Of a stretch of 64,000 bases of DNA, positions 24,494 to 34,058 are shown piece by piece. The notes under the pieces are model-generated. The model saw only the letters and a program-made list of their open reading frames with translations, searched no databases and was not told where the DNA came from. This DNA is from Strigamia acuminata (Eukaryota), in contig OX442314.1 in the NCBI GenBank assembly GCA_949358305.1, positions 7,564,001-7,628,000 of the forward strand, given 5' to 3'. The translations under genes were made by a program, and so were the position numbers. Each line of letters begins with the position of its first letter. Positions within the stretch are counted from its first letter, which is position 1.

Positions 24494-24639
24494 CACGTCG
24501 GTGAATATCGTCATCGGGAAGGAACAGTTTCGTGTGTGCGATGTTGCGGTCCTGGACGAGTCGCCGTACGAGATGCTGTTGGGTACGACATTCCGTGACA
24601 GCGAAAACATGTCATGGTGTACTGAGTCGGGTGGTACGA
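24494..24639 (+). pseudogene. Element B protease C-half
   Basis: TSVNIVIG...VLDESPYEMLLGTTF continues TPIGY from 16936. Confidence 0.85.
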
Positions 24640-25634
24640 TGTCGCGCTCAACTCGGTCTGTCGCTGATACGTGGTATGAGTCACTCTCTGATCTCGCAAT
24701 ACCGCTTTACTCAAGCGGTTACCCAAATAATGTAACACGGCAAGACAATGTAAAAGGTAAATATAATAAATGTATTTATTATACGGGAATATACAGTTAA
24801 AAGGGAATAAAATATGTAAGGGAATAAAAAGGTAAAAGGAAAGGGGTGTGAAGTTGGCGGGAAACTGGTCGAGGTCGTCCTTTGTCGCTGTGGATCCAAG
24901 ATGGCGTCCGCGTGGCAACGTGGTGTCGTCTTGGGCCGGCGTGGCAATGAATGGCGTCCTCGTCTCACGTTTCTCGTTCGGTCCTTCGGGCTCACGCTGG
25001 TCGGGCGCGAGTGAATGCCTGAAAGGTCTTACTTCTGGTCTGTTGTCTAGGTTTAGGGTTTTTTGTAGGTGTCCGGCGATCACACAGCGGCGGACGCTTG
25101 GTGGTTCCCGGCGATACACACAGCGGCGGGAACGCTCGTCGTGGTTACTGCAATTTAGGCTTGTGCGACCGTTTGTCTGCACAACTCGCTAAATTGGAGT
25201 AGGTTTACTATTTCTAGCTGGCTTGCTAAAATAGTGTGGTAATCTTGTTTCGCAGGTTACTCTGCGGAGGTTAACACAAATCAATCGTACTCACGTTGAA
25301 AGTCCCTTGTCCTAGGTCACTCCTGAAGTCTTTGTACTTAGGCTTGATCGTTTTAGGACGTTTGGCTTTTACGTGTATCTTGGTTGATTTTTGTGTTGGT
25401 TCTGCCCGCTCAGTGCAAGGCGAATTCCTTTGCACAAAGCGGGGGTGACAGGTGACTAAAGCCACCCAATAGTGGAGAAGACGAATCTCCCCCACTCCCC
25501 CAGGGCAGACGCCCGTCCATTGACTGGATGTCAATGCTCTGAGGGAAGGGAGGCGCGCGTGCGACTCCCCTTCTTTACCCGTATGTAGGCCACGAGAGAA
25601 ACTCTTCGTGCCCCACCCCAGTCGGGTCACCACA
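24640..25634 (-). repeat. Element C 3' LTR
   Basis: Direct repeat of 37162-38156 with TG...CA termini. Confidence 0.96.
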
Positions 25635-25673
25635 CGTCCCCCTCCCAGCTCTGACCGCCGGTGTTCGGAGCGA

Positions 25674-28541
25674 TCAATCCTTCTTGCTGGGACCCGACGC
25701 TGGATCCATCGCCTGGGCGAAACTCACTCCAGGGACGGGCGGCTCAGCGCCGGGCGGCACAACGCCGGGCGGCAAAACCAGATCTCCAACCAAGGCTGAA
25801 GACTGGTCGCGGGGGTCCTCGTGCTCGGAAATGAAGCACAATTCGTGGCCGCCGGCTGGCTCGTACGGGGCACGTCTCCTCTCATGCAGCCAAACCCGCG
25901 GAATGAACGCCGAAAACCCGGAATTGGTGTGCCGGATCGCGTTCGCCTCCGCGGCCGTTCGAGGCGCACGGTGGGCCCTCAGCAAACGCTGATGGAGGAT
26001 CAAATCGGTGGTCTGGCGCACCTGGTTGTGTAGCCAAACGAATACCGATTTCCCCTTGTCTCTCTGCGCGAGGATGAATTTGCGCGTCGCCGTCGTCATC
26101 GACAGCTGAGAGAACTCGTCACACAACTTCTCATAATAGTTCGTCTGAAGCTTCGCCGCTTTCGCTGGCTTGGCGCTCTTTGGAACTACCGCTTGTTGGA
26201 CAGTCTCTTCCCGCGCTTGTTGGGCTGCGGGAGGCGTCAGGCTCTGGCGAGCGGCGGACATCGTTGGTGGCGTCCGACATAACAAGCGTCTGGGCTTACC
26301 CGCCGCATTTGATAGGACGGGTGTCTGTGGTGTCGCCGCTGGTGGCATCGGTGGCGGCGGCGGAGGTGGAGTTGGGGCTCCACGTGAAGCAGTCGAAGAG
26401 GCGGCGTCGCTCTCCATCGGCTCTTCACTCGTGACCATCATTGCGTGTGACTGCGCTGACGGTGTTGGCTCCCACGTGGTAACGGCGTGGCGGAAGGCCA
26501 TGCTCCGCAACTTATACCCCTCCCATTCGGGGTTCACCACGTCCCGGGTCAGCTCGAAGCGAGTCATCGCCGGGTTGGGGAGAATGGCGCTCCATTCCCC
26601 AACGAGTGCGCGAGGTATCTGCACACCCTCTCTGTCGACTACGGACCAACAGGCCATCGCCTGTCGTCCGACCCCAAAGAGCGAGGGGGTCAATAACTGG
26701 ACCATGATTTTCGTCAAAGCCAGCTGTAGACTGCGCCGATTTACAGGGTTGCTGCGATCAGGATCTGCAGCGAACGCGCGCGAGTGGTGCCGCATCATCG
26801 AAATCCCCCACTCGATGAAATGGCGCTGAGTGACGTCGGCGCCCTGCAGAGCAGCGGCGGCGGCCCTCGGGTCCTCCATCACAAATGCGAAGGCCAAGAG
26901 CTCTTCGATCGATGGATTGGCTGCCTCTCGAGCCAGCCGTGCGTTTTCGTCACGCTGTTCATACCACATCGCGGTGCGGTCGTGTCTTGCCTTGCTCGGG
27001 TAATATTCTCCGAATCGGGCGTTATGGCATTCCCGCGCAATGCTCTGGTGAACGGGCAACATCACCGAGTCGTCGACGGCCAAGTTCGGCGTAGTGCTCG
27101 AACCCGGCATCGGCGGCGGCGGCGGCGGGGGCTGCGTCGGCGGCGGCAGCGGCTGTGTCGGCGGCGGCAGCGTCAGGGACTGCTGTGCTGGCAACGGTTG
27201 CGACGTTGATGACTGCGTCGGCAACAGCAACGTCAAAGACTGTTGTGTTGGCGGTGGCAGCGTCGCTTGCACTCCAGTCGGCGTGACTTGGAGTGCCGGG
27301 AGCTGGCTTACAGTACTCGTCGGTGGAACGACGGCCGTAGGCGCGTTTTCTACACGCGGTCGCGAATTGACATATTCGCTTAACCACCGTGCCACTTCGT
27401 GTGGAATCACGGTACCATGCTCGACGACGCCCATCTTGCGAGCGAACTGCATCGCGGGGTCGAAACGCGACAATTTCTTGCGTTTCATCTGGGTGATGAT
27501 CTCGCGAAGGTCCCGCGTGTCTGGCGCTAGGACGCGACGCTCCCCGGAAGATCGGCCACTCGACTTCGATCGTGCCTCTCTCGCTTCCTTCGCTTCGATT
27601 GCTTTGAGAGCGTGTTCGGGAAGGGGAATTCCTCGCGCCTCGCAGCGAGCGAAATACCGCTCTTTGCGGTCTCGTTTCCGCTGCTCACGATGAGTTAGCG
27701 GATGTCTGCCGACACGGGGACGAGAGACTCGCTCTTCGTCACCCGAAATCCAGACTTCTCGAGTCTCTTTACCGTCTTTCATCTGACGGTTGACGAACAC
27801 CCTTGGTCTGGTGTAATTCGCGGGGTCGCGCGGTGGCTGCGCTGACGTTCCCGCTCCATCGTTGACGGTCGAGTGCTGTTCGACGCACTGTTTCTTCGAC
27901 CGTCCCGGGGAGCGCGATTCGCTGCCCCCGGTTCCCTTGGAGCGCTTGCGCTTCCTTGGGAAATTATATTTGGGGCCGAGAATTCCCAAATAGTGGAGTT
28001 GCCACATTTCAGCTTGTGACGTGAGAATCCCCATTCTCGGTCGCCACTGTGGCGTAACTTCTCCCTGCCGAATCTGCTCGCACCACAGATGTATATCGGC
28101 GGTGCTCATTCCGTCGTCTTGCAAAATCCGCTCTGCAACCGCCGGCGCAGTGTCGATTAGCTGCTGGCGGTAGTGTTGATACACTTCTTCGCGGGCCTCC
28201 TCGGTCTCGGCCGCTTGCCACGCGAACAACACATGCTCCTCCGCCGGCCTGCCGGAGTATTGGCTCGACAGGGCCGGGTGGAAGATTGGTGACTTCGGGT
28301 CATCGATGCGAGCGAGCTCTGCAGCGACGACGTTTCGCACCGACTCCGGGAACGCGTCCAGGAGTGTACAATCGTTAACCCAACGCTTGGCGAGGGCGCG
28401 CGAAAATAATACGCGCAGGCGGTATGGCTTCGCATCTTCGCCAAAGCAGCGGCGCAGAAAATCGGGCAGTACGCCTCGATATATGCCCGCTCGCACTATG
28501 CATGCGGGGCTGAGCGCTCCCCATGTGTCTCGGAGCTCCAT
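25674..28541 (-). CDS. Element C ORF3, about 955 aa, unknown function, not env-like
   Basis: Long open frame between pol and the PPT. The ATG at 28541 directly follows acceptor-like TTTTGTTTCCATCATTGCAG. Contains a basic PRKRKRSK motif and poly-Pro linkers. The frame is open further upstream, so the true start is uncertain. Confidence 0.85.
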   Translation of the reverse strand: MELRDTWGALSPACIVRAGIYRGVLPDFLRRCFGEDAKPYRLRVLFSRALAKRWVNDCTLLDAFPESVRNVVAAELARIDDPKSPIFHPALSSQYSGRPAEEHVLFAWQAAETEEAREEVYQHYRQQLIDTAPAVAERILQDDGMSTADIHLWCEQIRQGEVTPQWRPRMGILTSQAEMWQLHYLGILGPKYNFPRKRKRSKGTGGSESRSPGRSKKQCVEQHSTVNDGAGTSAQPPRDPANYTRPRVFVNRQMKDGKETREVWISGDEERVSRPRVGRHPLTHREQRKRDRKERYFARCEARGIPLPEHALKAIEAKEAREARSKSSGRSSGERRVLAPDTRDLREIITQMKRKKLSRFDPAMQFARKMGVVEHGTVIPHEVARWLSEYVNSRPRVENAPTAVVPPTSTVSQLPALQVTPTGVQATLPPPTQQSLTLLLPTQSSTSQPLPAQQSLTLPPPTQPLPPPTQPPPPPPPMPGSSTTPNLAVDDSVMLPVHQSIARECHNARFGEYYPSKARHDRTAMWYEQRDENARLAREAANPSIEELLAFAFVMEDPRAAAAALQGADVTQRHFIEWGISMMRHHSRAFAADPDRSNPVNRRSLQLALTKIMVQLLTPSLFGVGRQAMACWSVVDREGVQIPRALVGEWSAILPNPAMTRFELTRDVVNPEWEGYKLRSMAFRHAVTTWEPTPSAQSHAMMVTSEEPMESDAASSTASRGAPTPPPPPPPMPPAATPQTPVLSNAAGKPRRLLCRTPPTMSAARQSLTPPAAQQAREETVQQAVVPKSAKPAKAAKLQTNYYEKLCDEFSQLSMTTATRKFILAQRDKGKSVFVWLHNQVRQTTDLILHQRLLRAHRAPRTAAEANAIRHTNSGFSAFIPRVWLHERRRAPYEPAGGHELCFISEHEDPRDQSSALVGDLVLPPGVVPPGAEPPVPGVSFAQAMDPASGPSKKD

Positions 28542-29918
28542 CTGCAATGATGGAAACAAAATAATTAATGAAATCGCCAATAACACGGAGATAAATAGGG
28601 GGTGGGCTCGAGGAACGTCGCTGAAACGTGCGACCGCTCGTCGAGTCCTATTCCTGTTCATTGATTCGTCCTTGTCAGGAAGAAAAGAGTCTTCTTGGCA
28701 CATCTGGTTCACGTCCAATGATAACCACGAGACGGAATCGAGCGTATTAATCCGGAAATTTTTCTTCGGATTGTTTAATTTAAAATTAAACTGTAAATTT
28801 GTATTTAAACCAATAAATTCGCGAAATCGTTCGTGAAAATCTCCAATAACAATTTTAGAACATGTAAACAAATGTTCTTGTCGTGAATTAACTTGTAAAG
28901 AAATAAATTTGTCTAATAATAACTCCAAAAATTCGGAGTTAAAGTCGAGTTAAAAAACGAATCTATAATAAATTAGTGTCATCGGGAAAAAATTCGCAAA
29001 TAAAATAGCAAATAAAAATAGAAACAACGTTCTATAAATTCTTTCAAAATCCATCCAATAAATTATTCCCATTTCTGGAATATAAAAAGAAAGCTCGTTT
29101 CCTTTGTCTCGTTCGTGTCAATTGTCGTGAGTCATCTTCAAGGAGCGAGGCGACAGTTTGTCTGCTATCGCGTCCTTGAAGACAAATAATAGGAGAAAAT
29201 ACAATCGCTCTCGCGATCGTGGATATTAGTATAATAATTATACACTATTTCGAACGCAGAGCGTTCATGTCAAGTATTAGTCAAGTGTATCTTTAATTCG
29301 ACCGCACGGAGCTAAATCTCGTGCGGCGATGCCGACTACTACCTGATCGGGTGGAACTACGTTTATGTCCGGGTCCCAATTCTCGTCATGATGCTGTATT
29401 TCAAGCATTTCCTCGTCCCCTCCTTCCTCATCCATCGTGAGGATTGCGCGTTCAGTCAGACCACGATTAAAAAACTTGAAAACTTCTCGTAAAATGGATC
29501 AAAAACTTGGTTAAAAATGCACTCGCTGTGTATCACGTGCGGACGACGATCAGCTGATTTTAGCGGAAGTCCGGGTGAAAACGAGGCAATCGTGGTGGGT
29601 TCTGGGTAATTTTACTCCAGAACCAGGTGTTTATGACTGTGCGCAACAGCCCGTGCGCATGTTACGCTACGGGGCTCCTTTGTTTCTACGCCCGTGCGCG
29701 ATCGCTGCTACGGGGTCTTTTGCACGCGGTATCCGACCCGTGCCGATAATTTTGCTACGGGTCCCGCGTTTCCACGCCATCTCGTGACGCGAATTCGACC
29801 GATATCCGCTTCGTTGGACTTAGCGAAATTTTCAGAGTCTCGGATTTTGATGGCTAGCGCTGTCGATCGGTCAATTTTTTTTTGTTTTTTCAGCGTCGCC
29901 ATCGACTCGTAACGTTTT

Positions 29919-32900
29919 CTACTCCTTTCCTACGACCTTTCCGTCTTTTATAAACGGATTACTTCCACGGGGCCGCAGGTGATGAGTCGAGACAGGTACG
30001 ATATTTTTTGTTGTTTTTTGTGTCTGTACCTCCTCATTATTGTTTTCTTTTTTATCCGTGTTTTTTGTGTTTGTTTCAGGAGTTTCTCCTGTTTCCCCCC
30101 CGACCAAAATTGGATCCGGAACGGATTCAACTATCTCGTTTACCGGTGGTGAAGGGGCGTCGAAATACTCCTCGTTGTCACTTGGCGGTGCTTTTTCCGA
30201 CTCGCCAGCGAACATATCGACGATTTGGCCGTCAGTTTTTGACTTGACTTGGCCCTTGGCCCACATTTCTTGCGGGAATTCCGGAATGTACGGAGTTAAC
30301 TCTCGTACCTGGATCGATTTGTGCTCGGTATTGTCCTCGAGCTTACGTAATTTATACGCGTTACCGCCATGCTTGCCGATGATCACATACGGACCATCTC
30401 TCTTGTCGGCCAAGCTGGCGGTGATTCCTCTCGCTGCATTTGAGAGGATGTGTGTGTCTTTCCACACCAAATCATTGATCTCGAAATTCACAAATTTTCT
30501 ACCGCTTTTATCTTGTAAAATGCGGTCGCGCATATTAAAAATGTGCGCCATCATGTGCTTGTACGTGTTGGAGATGGTTTGCTCCAATTTATACACGTAC
30601 TCATGTGGTTTCTCAGGGTCCACCACATTTACTGACTCTGCCACTCGTGGGTCCCAAGGCACTCGTAGCTCCCGGGCGAAGTTGAGGTAGGCCGGAGAAA
30701 AATCTCTCGTCCTCGAGACTGTTGTTCGTATGCTGAACGCGATCTCCCTCAAGTATTCATCCCACTTATTGTGGATGTCAGTGAATATACTTAGTGCATA
30801 TTTAATGTCCCTGTTGAGTCGCTCAACGGGATTTGTTCTGGGATTGTAGGTCGAAGTATGTGACGCCACAATCCCGAATTTCTCACAAAACTTACCCCAA
30901 ATTTTCGAGATAAATTGGGGTCCGTTGTCGGATATCATTTTACGTGGAAATCCGTAACGTAACGCTACGTCGTAGATACATTCAACGATTTTTTCTGCTG
31001 AAGGTCTAGCGACGGCGTACAACTCGGGCCAACGAGTCGCCACGTCCATTATAACGATAATGTACGCATTTTTATTTCCCGTAACGGGTTTTGGGCCCAT
31101 CACATCGACACTTAAACAATCAAAAGGCGCGTAAGGCCCTAAGAAAATAGTTTCGAATGGTGATTTACTCCTCGGCTTGCACGCTTGACATCGCTGACAT
31201 TGGTGGACAAAAAGAGCAATATCTTTTTTCATCCCTGTCCAGTGAAAAAGCTGTGTAGCACGATAGAGTGTTCTGCTTACTCCCGCATGGCTCGCAAGCG
31301 GGTGCCCGTGTAACAACCACAGCACGCGACCGATTAAGGAAGCAGGTATTACTACCTTTACTGCGGTGTCCGATTCACTCAAGTCATCTTGGTGATTTGG
31401 GTGATGTTTCACCAAAAGGCCGTCATCCAATAGGTAATCTATGGATTCGTGTGCATAACGACGCTTCTGCCTTCTGGTTAAGTTGGGCGGATATTTTCCT
31501 GTCAGTACGAATCTAGCTCTGTCCTGACATTTTTTGTCTAATTTTTGTTGCACAATTATTTCCTCCCTTGTCGGGGGATTGCTTCGCATTTGCTTGCCGA
31601 CATGAGCGTGGAAGGCGCTTAGAAGCGGGTCATTTATTCTCCGCTCTAGCTTAAATTTCTTCTTTGCATTTGGGTGATTGTCAGCAGCTGGTTGGTATAA
31701 CCGCGTCCAGAATCCACAGAATTTTACATCTGCTGGAGACGCGGTGGGAATTTCATTTATCTTCCTTAAATCCCAACGGTGACAACTCGTCGGGCAGTAA
31801 ATGATGCGGGAATCATCCTCGCCATCATCGTCAGCGTCGATAGGATCTGACACTGGTGCCCTTGATAGAGCGTCAGCCACGACGTTATATTTGCCGGGCT
31901 TGTATTGAATGGTCAAGTCACATGCCATCAGTTCTAACTGCCATCTGGCTAGTCGACCGGCTGGCTCCTTTAATTTCATCAGCCATTGTAACGCTTGATG
32001 ATCTGTGTGGACTACAAATTTGGTATATTCGAGATAATCTCTGAATTTCCTTATAGCCCACACAACTGCCAAACACTCCAACTCTGTGGCGTTGTAATTT
32101 TTTTCAGCGCCTTGGAGTTTGCGACTTATAAACATGCACGGCAGGTCTTGTTCGACTCCGTCGCGCACGTGAGTTTGAAGCAACGCGGCTCCTAACCCAA
32201 CTCTGCTGGCGTCCGTATGTAATATGAACGGCCGGTTTAAGTCGGGTAGAGGCATTACGCCGACTTCCGTCAGCATCCTCTTTATCGCATTAAATGCGAT
32301 GTTGCACTCATTTGACCATACAAATTCGTTTTCATTCTTCAGGAGGTCGGTAACTGGGGCTGCCACTTCAGCTAGACCCGGTAGCAACCTGCCGAAGAAG
32401 TTTATCATTCCCATAAACCGTTGGACACCTTTAACGTCCTCGGGTGGTGGGAAACGATTAATCGCATCGATTTTTTCGGGGCCAATAGCTAAACCGTTGA
32501 CTCCAATGCGATAACCCAGGAAGGCAAGCTCCTTTCGGCAGAACTTGCTCTTGCCCGGATGAACGTGTAACCCAGCTTTCGCCAGCCGGGTGAGCACTTG
32601 GTCGATGTGCTCAATGTGCTCTTCGAATGTTTTAGAGGCAATAACTATGTCATCTAGGTATGCCCACACGAACTGATGCAGGATATCACCCAATACGCTT
32701 TCGATTAGTCTCTGAAAGGTACTGGGAGCATTCACTAAACCAAACGGCATGACGTTGAACATCAACCGTCCAATTGGCGAGTAAAATGCTGTTTTTAGCT
32801 TATCCTCTGGCCTCATCTCAACTTGCCAGTATCCCTTCGACAGATCCATCGTCGTAACCCAAGAAAAGGGGCTAAGCTCTCTCAAAATGGATTCGATAGA

Positions 32901-34046
32901 CGGCATCTGTATGGGATCTATTTCTGTCACCGCGTTTAATGGGCGGTAATCAATGCATAGGCGTGGGTCCGAGCCCGGGCGCATCACGAGTACAACTCGC
33001 GTCGCGTATTCTCCCTGGGCCTCGGAGACAATGCCACTGTCTAGCATTTCTTGGCACATTTTTTGCACTATTTCACGTTTTTGCGGGTTCATTCCCTTAT
33101 ACGCAACTCGTATAGGTTTATTATCCGTCAATTTAATTTCGTGAATAGCCTTATTCGTTCGGCCCGGTTTTTTCGACAGGATCCCCTCATATTTAAGTAG
33201 GACCCTTCGTAGGGCTGCCGCTTCGTTTAATTCTAAAGCGGCGTCGGCGACAAGCGTTTCCACTACATTGTCCCGTCGCAATTCTGTTACGAATGCTTTA
33301 AAATCGTAGTCTTGAACGAATTTCTTTAGGCCTTTCTCCCACTGTGTCTTGTCGGCCGCTTCTTTTACAAGAGCTGGTGGCACGACAATTGCGGGTCTTT
33401 CCTTATCATTTCTGATATAATTCCAAGATTTCGTTATTGGATTTGGTTGTATTTCCATTGACGCCATGAGGTCTAAGCCCAACAGAAAAATTCTGTCGCA
33501 CGTGGGCAGGACCAGGAAAGGGTGCTGTTCTACCCCTCCGAGCCACTCCATGGTCAATAATATAACTCCTTTTGGACGCGCCATTCCGTTGGCGGTTTTT
33601 AGACGTACATTTTTATTAACGCCTTTTATCTTATCGGTGAGACCCAATGATGCTACTATGTCTTCGGAAACGAACGAGCGATCTGCTCCCGAGTCTAGCA
33701 GTCCCATAATTTTTTCGCGTTCTACTGTCATGGGCAGCATACATAGGCGGCTGGTATATTCGACCGCCACGTTGCACATGAAAACACGAAATTCTTCTGT
33801 GTCTTCGACTACTTGAGGTAATTCTTCAAGCAGTAGGTTTGGTCCTTCCACCTCAGCCTCAGCGTTTGCGGTAATTACCTGCAAAGCGTTGTTGGCCCTG
33901 TCTTGGATCTGGGCGTTAGCTATGTCACTACCCATTTCTTTGACTGGTGGCGGTTTATCGAACCCTTTGTTAAACCCCTTCTTCTTCATGAATGGCGCAG
34001 ACGGTCGAGAAGTTATTTCTTTGCCGCCTGCGCTGACTCGTTTTTT
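29919..34046 (-). CDS. pol: Element C Pol (PR, RT, RH, IN)
   Basis: LLDSGA, YLDD, TDAS, HAG...CQRC, DVMGP/SDNGPQF/ERLNR, LVWKDTHILS...DGPY. Confidence 0.96.
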   Translation of the reverse strand, partial: KKRVSAGGKEITSRPSAPFMKKKGFNKGFDKPPPVKEMGSDIANAQIQDRANNALQVITANAEAEVEGPNLLLEELPQVVEDTEEFRVFMCNVAVEYTSRLCMLPMTVEREKIMGLLDSGADRSFVSEDIVASLGLTDKIKGVNKNVRLKTANGMARPKGVILLTMEWLGGVEQHPFLVLPTCDRIFLLGLDLMASMEIQPNPITKSWNYIRNDKERPAIVVPPALVKEAADKTQWEKGLKKFVQDYDFKAFVTELRRDNVVETLVADAALELNEAAALRRVLLKYEGILSKKPGRTNKAIHEIKLTDNKPIRVAYKGMNPQKREIVQKMCQEMLDSGIVSEAQGEYATRVVLVMRPGSDPRLCIDYRPLNAVTEIDPIQMPSIESILRELSPFSWVTTMDLSKGYWQVEMRPEDKLKTAFYSPIGRLMFNVMPFGLVNAPSTFQRLIESVLGDILHQFVWAYLDDIVIASKTFEEHIEHIDQVLTRLAKAGLHVHPGKSKFCRKELAFLGYRIGVNGLAIGPEKIDAINRFPPPEDVKGVQRFMGMINFFGRLLPGLAEVAAPVTDLLKNENEFVWSNECNIAFNAIKRMLTEVGVMPLPDLNRPFILHTDASRVGLGAALLQTHVRDGVEQDLPCMFISRKLQGAEKNYNATELECLAVVWAIRKFRDYLEYTKFVVHTDHQALQWLMKLKEPAGRLARWQLELMACDLTIQYKPGKYNVVADALSRAPVSDPIDADDDGEDDSRIIYCPTSCHRWDLRKINEIPTASPADVKFCGFWTRLYQPAADNHPNAKKKFKLERRINDPLLSAFHAHVGKQMRSNPPTREEIIVQQKLDKKCQDRARFVLTGKYPPNLTRRQKRRYAHESIDYLLDDGLLVKHHPNHQDDLSESDTAVKVVIPASLIGRVLWLLHGHPLASHAGVSRTLYRATQLFHWTGMKKDIALFVHQCQRCQACKPRSKSPFETIFLGPYAPFDCLSVDVMGPKPVTGNKNAYIIVIMDVATRWPELYAVARPSAEKIVECIYDVALRYGFPRKMISDNGPQFISKIWGKFCEKFGIVASHTSTYNPRTNPVERLNRDIKYALSIFTDIHNKWDEYLREIAFSIRTTVSRTRDFSPAYLNFARELRVPWDPRVAESVNVVDPEKPHEYVYKLEQTISNTYKHMMAHIFNMRDRILQDKSGRKFVNFEINDLVWKDTHILSNAARGITASLADKRDGPYVIIGKHGGNAYKLRKLEDNTEHKSIQVRELTPYIPEFPQEMWAKGQVKSKTDGQIVDMFAGESEKAPPSDNEEYFDAPSPPVNEIVESVPDPILVGGETGETPETNTKNTDKKENNNEEVQTQKTTKNIVPVSTHHLRPRGSNPFIKDGKVVGKE

Positions 34047-34058
34047 GACTCGTTTTTT
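33994..34058 (-). promoter_or_regulatory. -1 frameshift signal of element C with two tandem A AAA AAC heptamers
   Basis: Heptamers at 34058-34052 and 34046-34040, followed by a GCGCAGGCGG...CCGTCTGCGC stem. Pol is in the -1 frame. Confidence 0.75.

Noticed and set aside
24511..25633. ORFs of 94-223 aa in the C LTRs, and the duplicated 60-100 aa ORFs in the Copia and F LTRs
   Set aside because: They have no recognisable motifs, several cross LTR boundaries, and their duplication simply reflects LTR identity.
25620..25634. C LTR start TGGTGACCCGAC resembles a tRNA-Trp PBS
   Set aside because: The match is short and gapped and lies at the U3 end. The real PBS (Pro-like) is at 37142-37159.
25674..28928. 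Calling the third ORFs env
   Set aside because: There is no furin/fusion-peptide motif, Cys-patterned ectodomain or C-terminal TM helix, and the composition is basic and Pro-rich.
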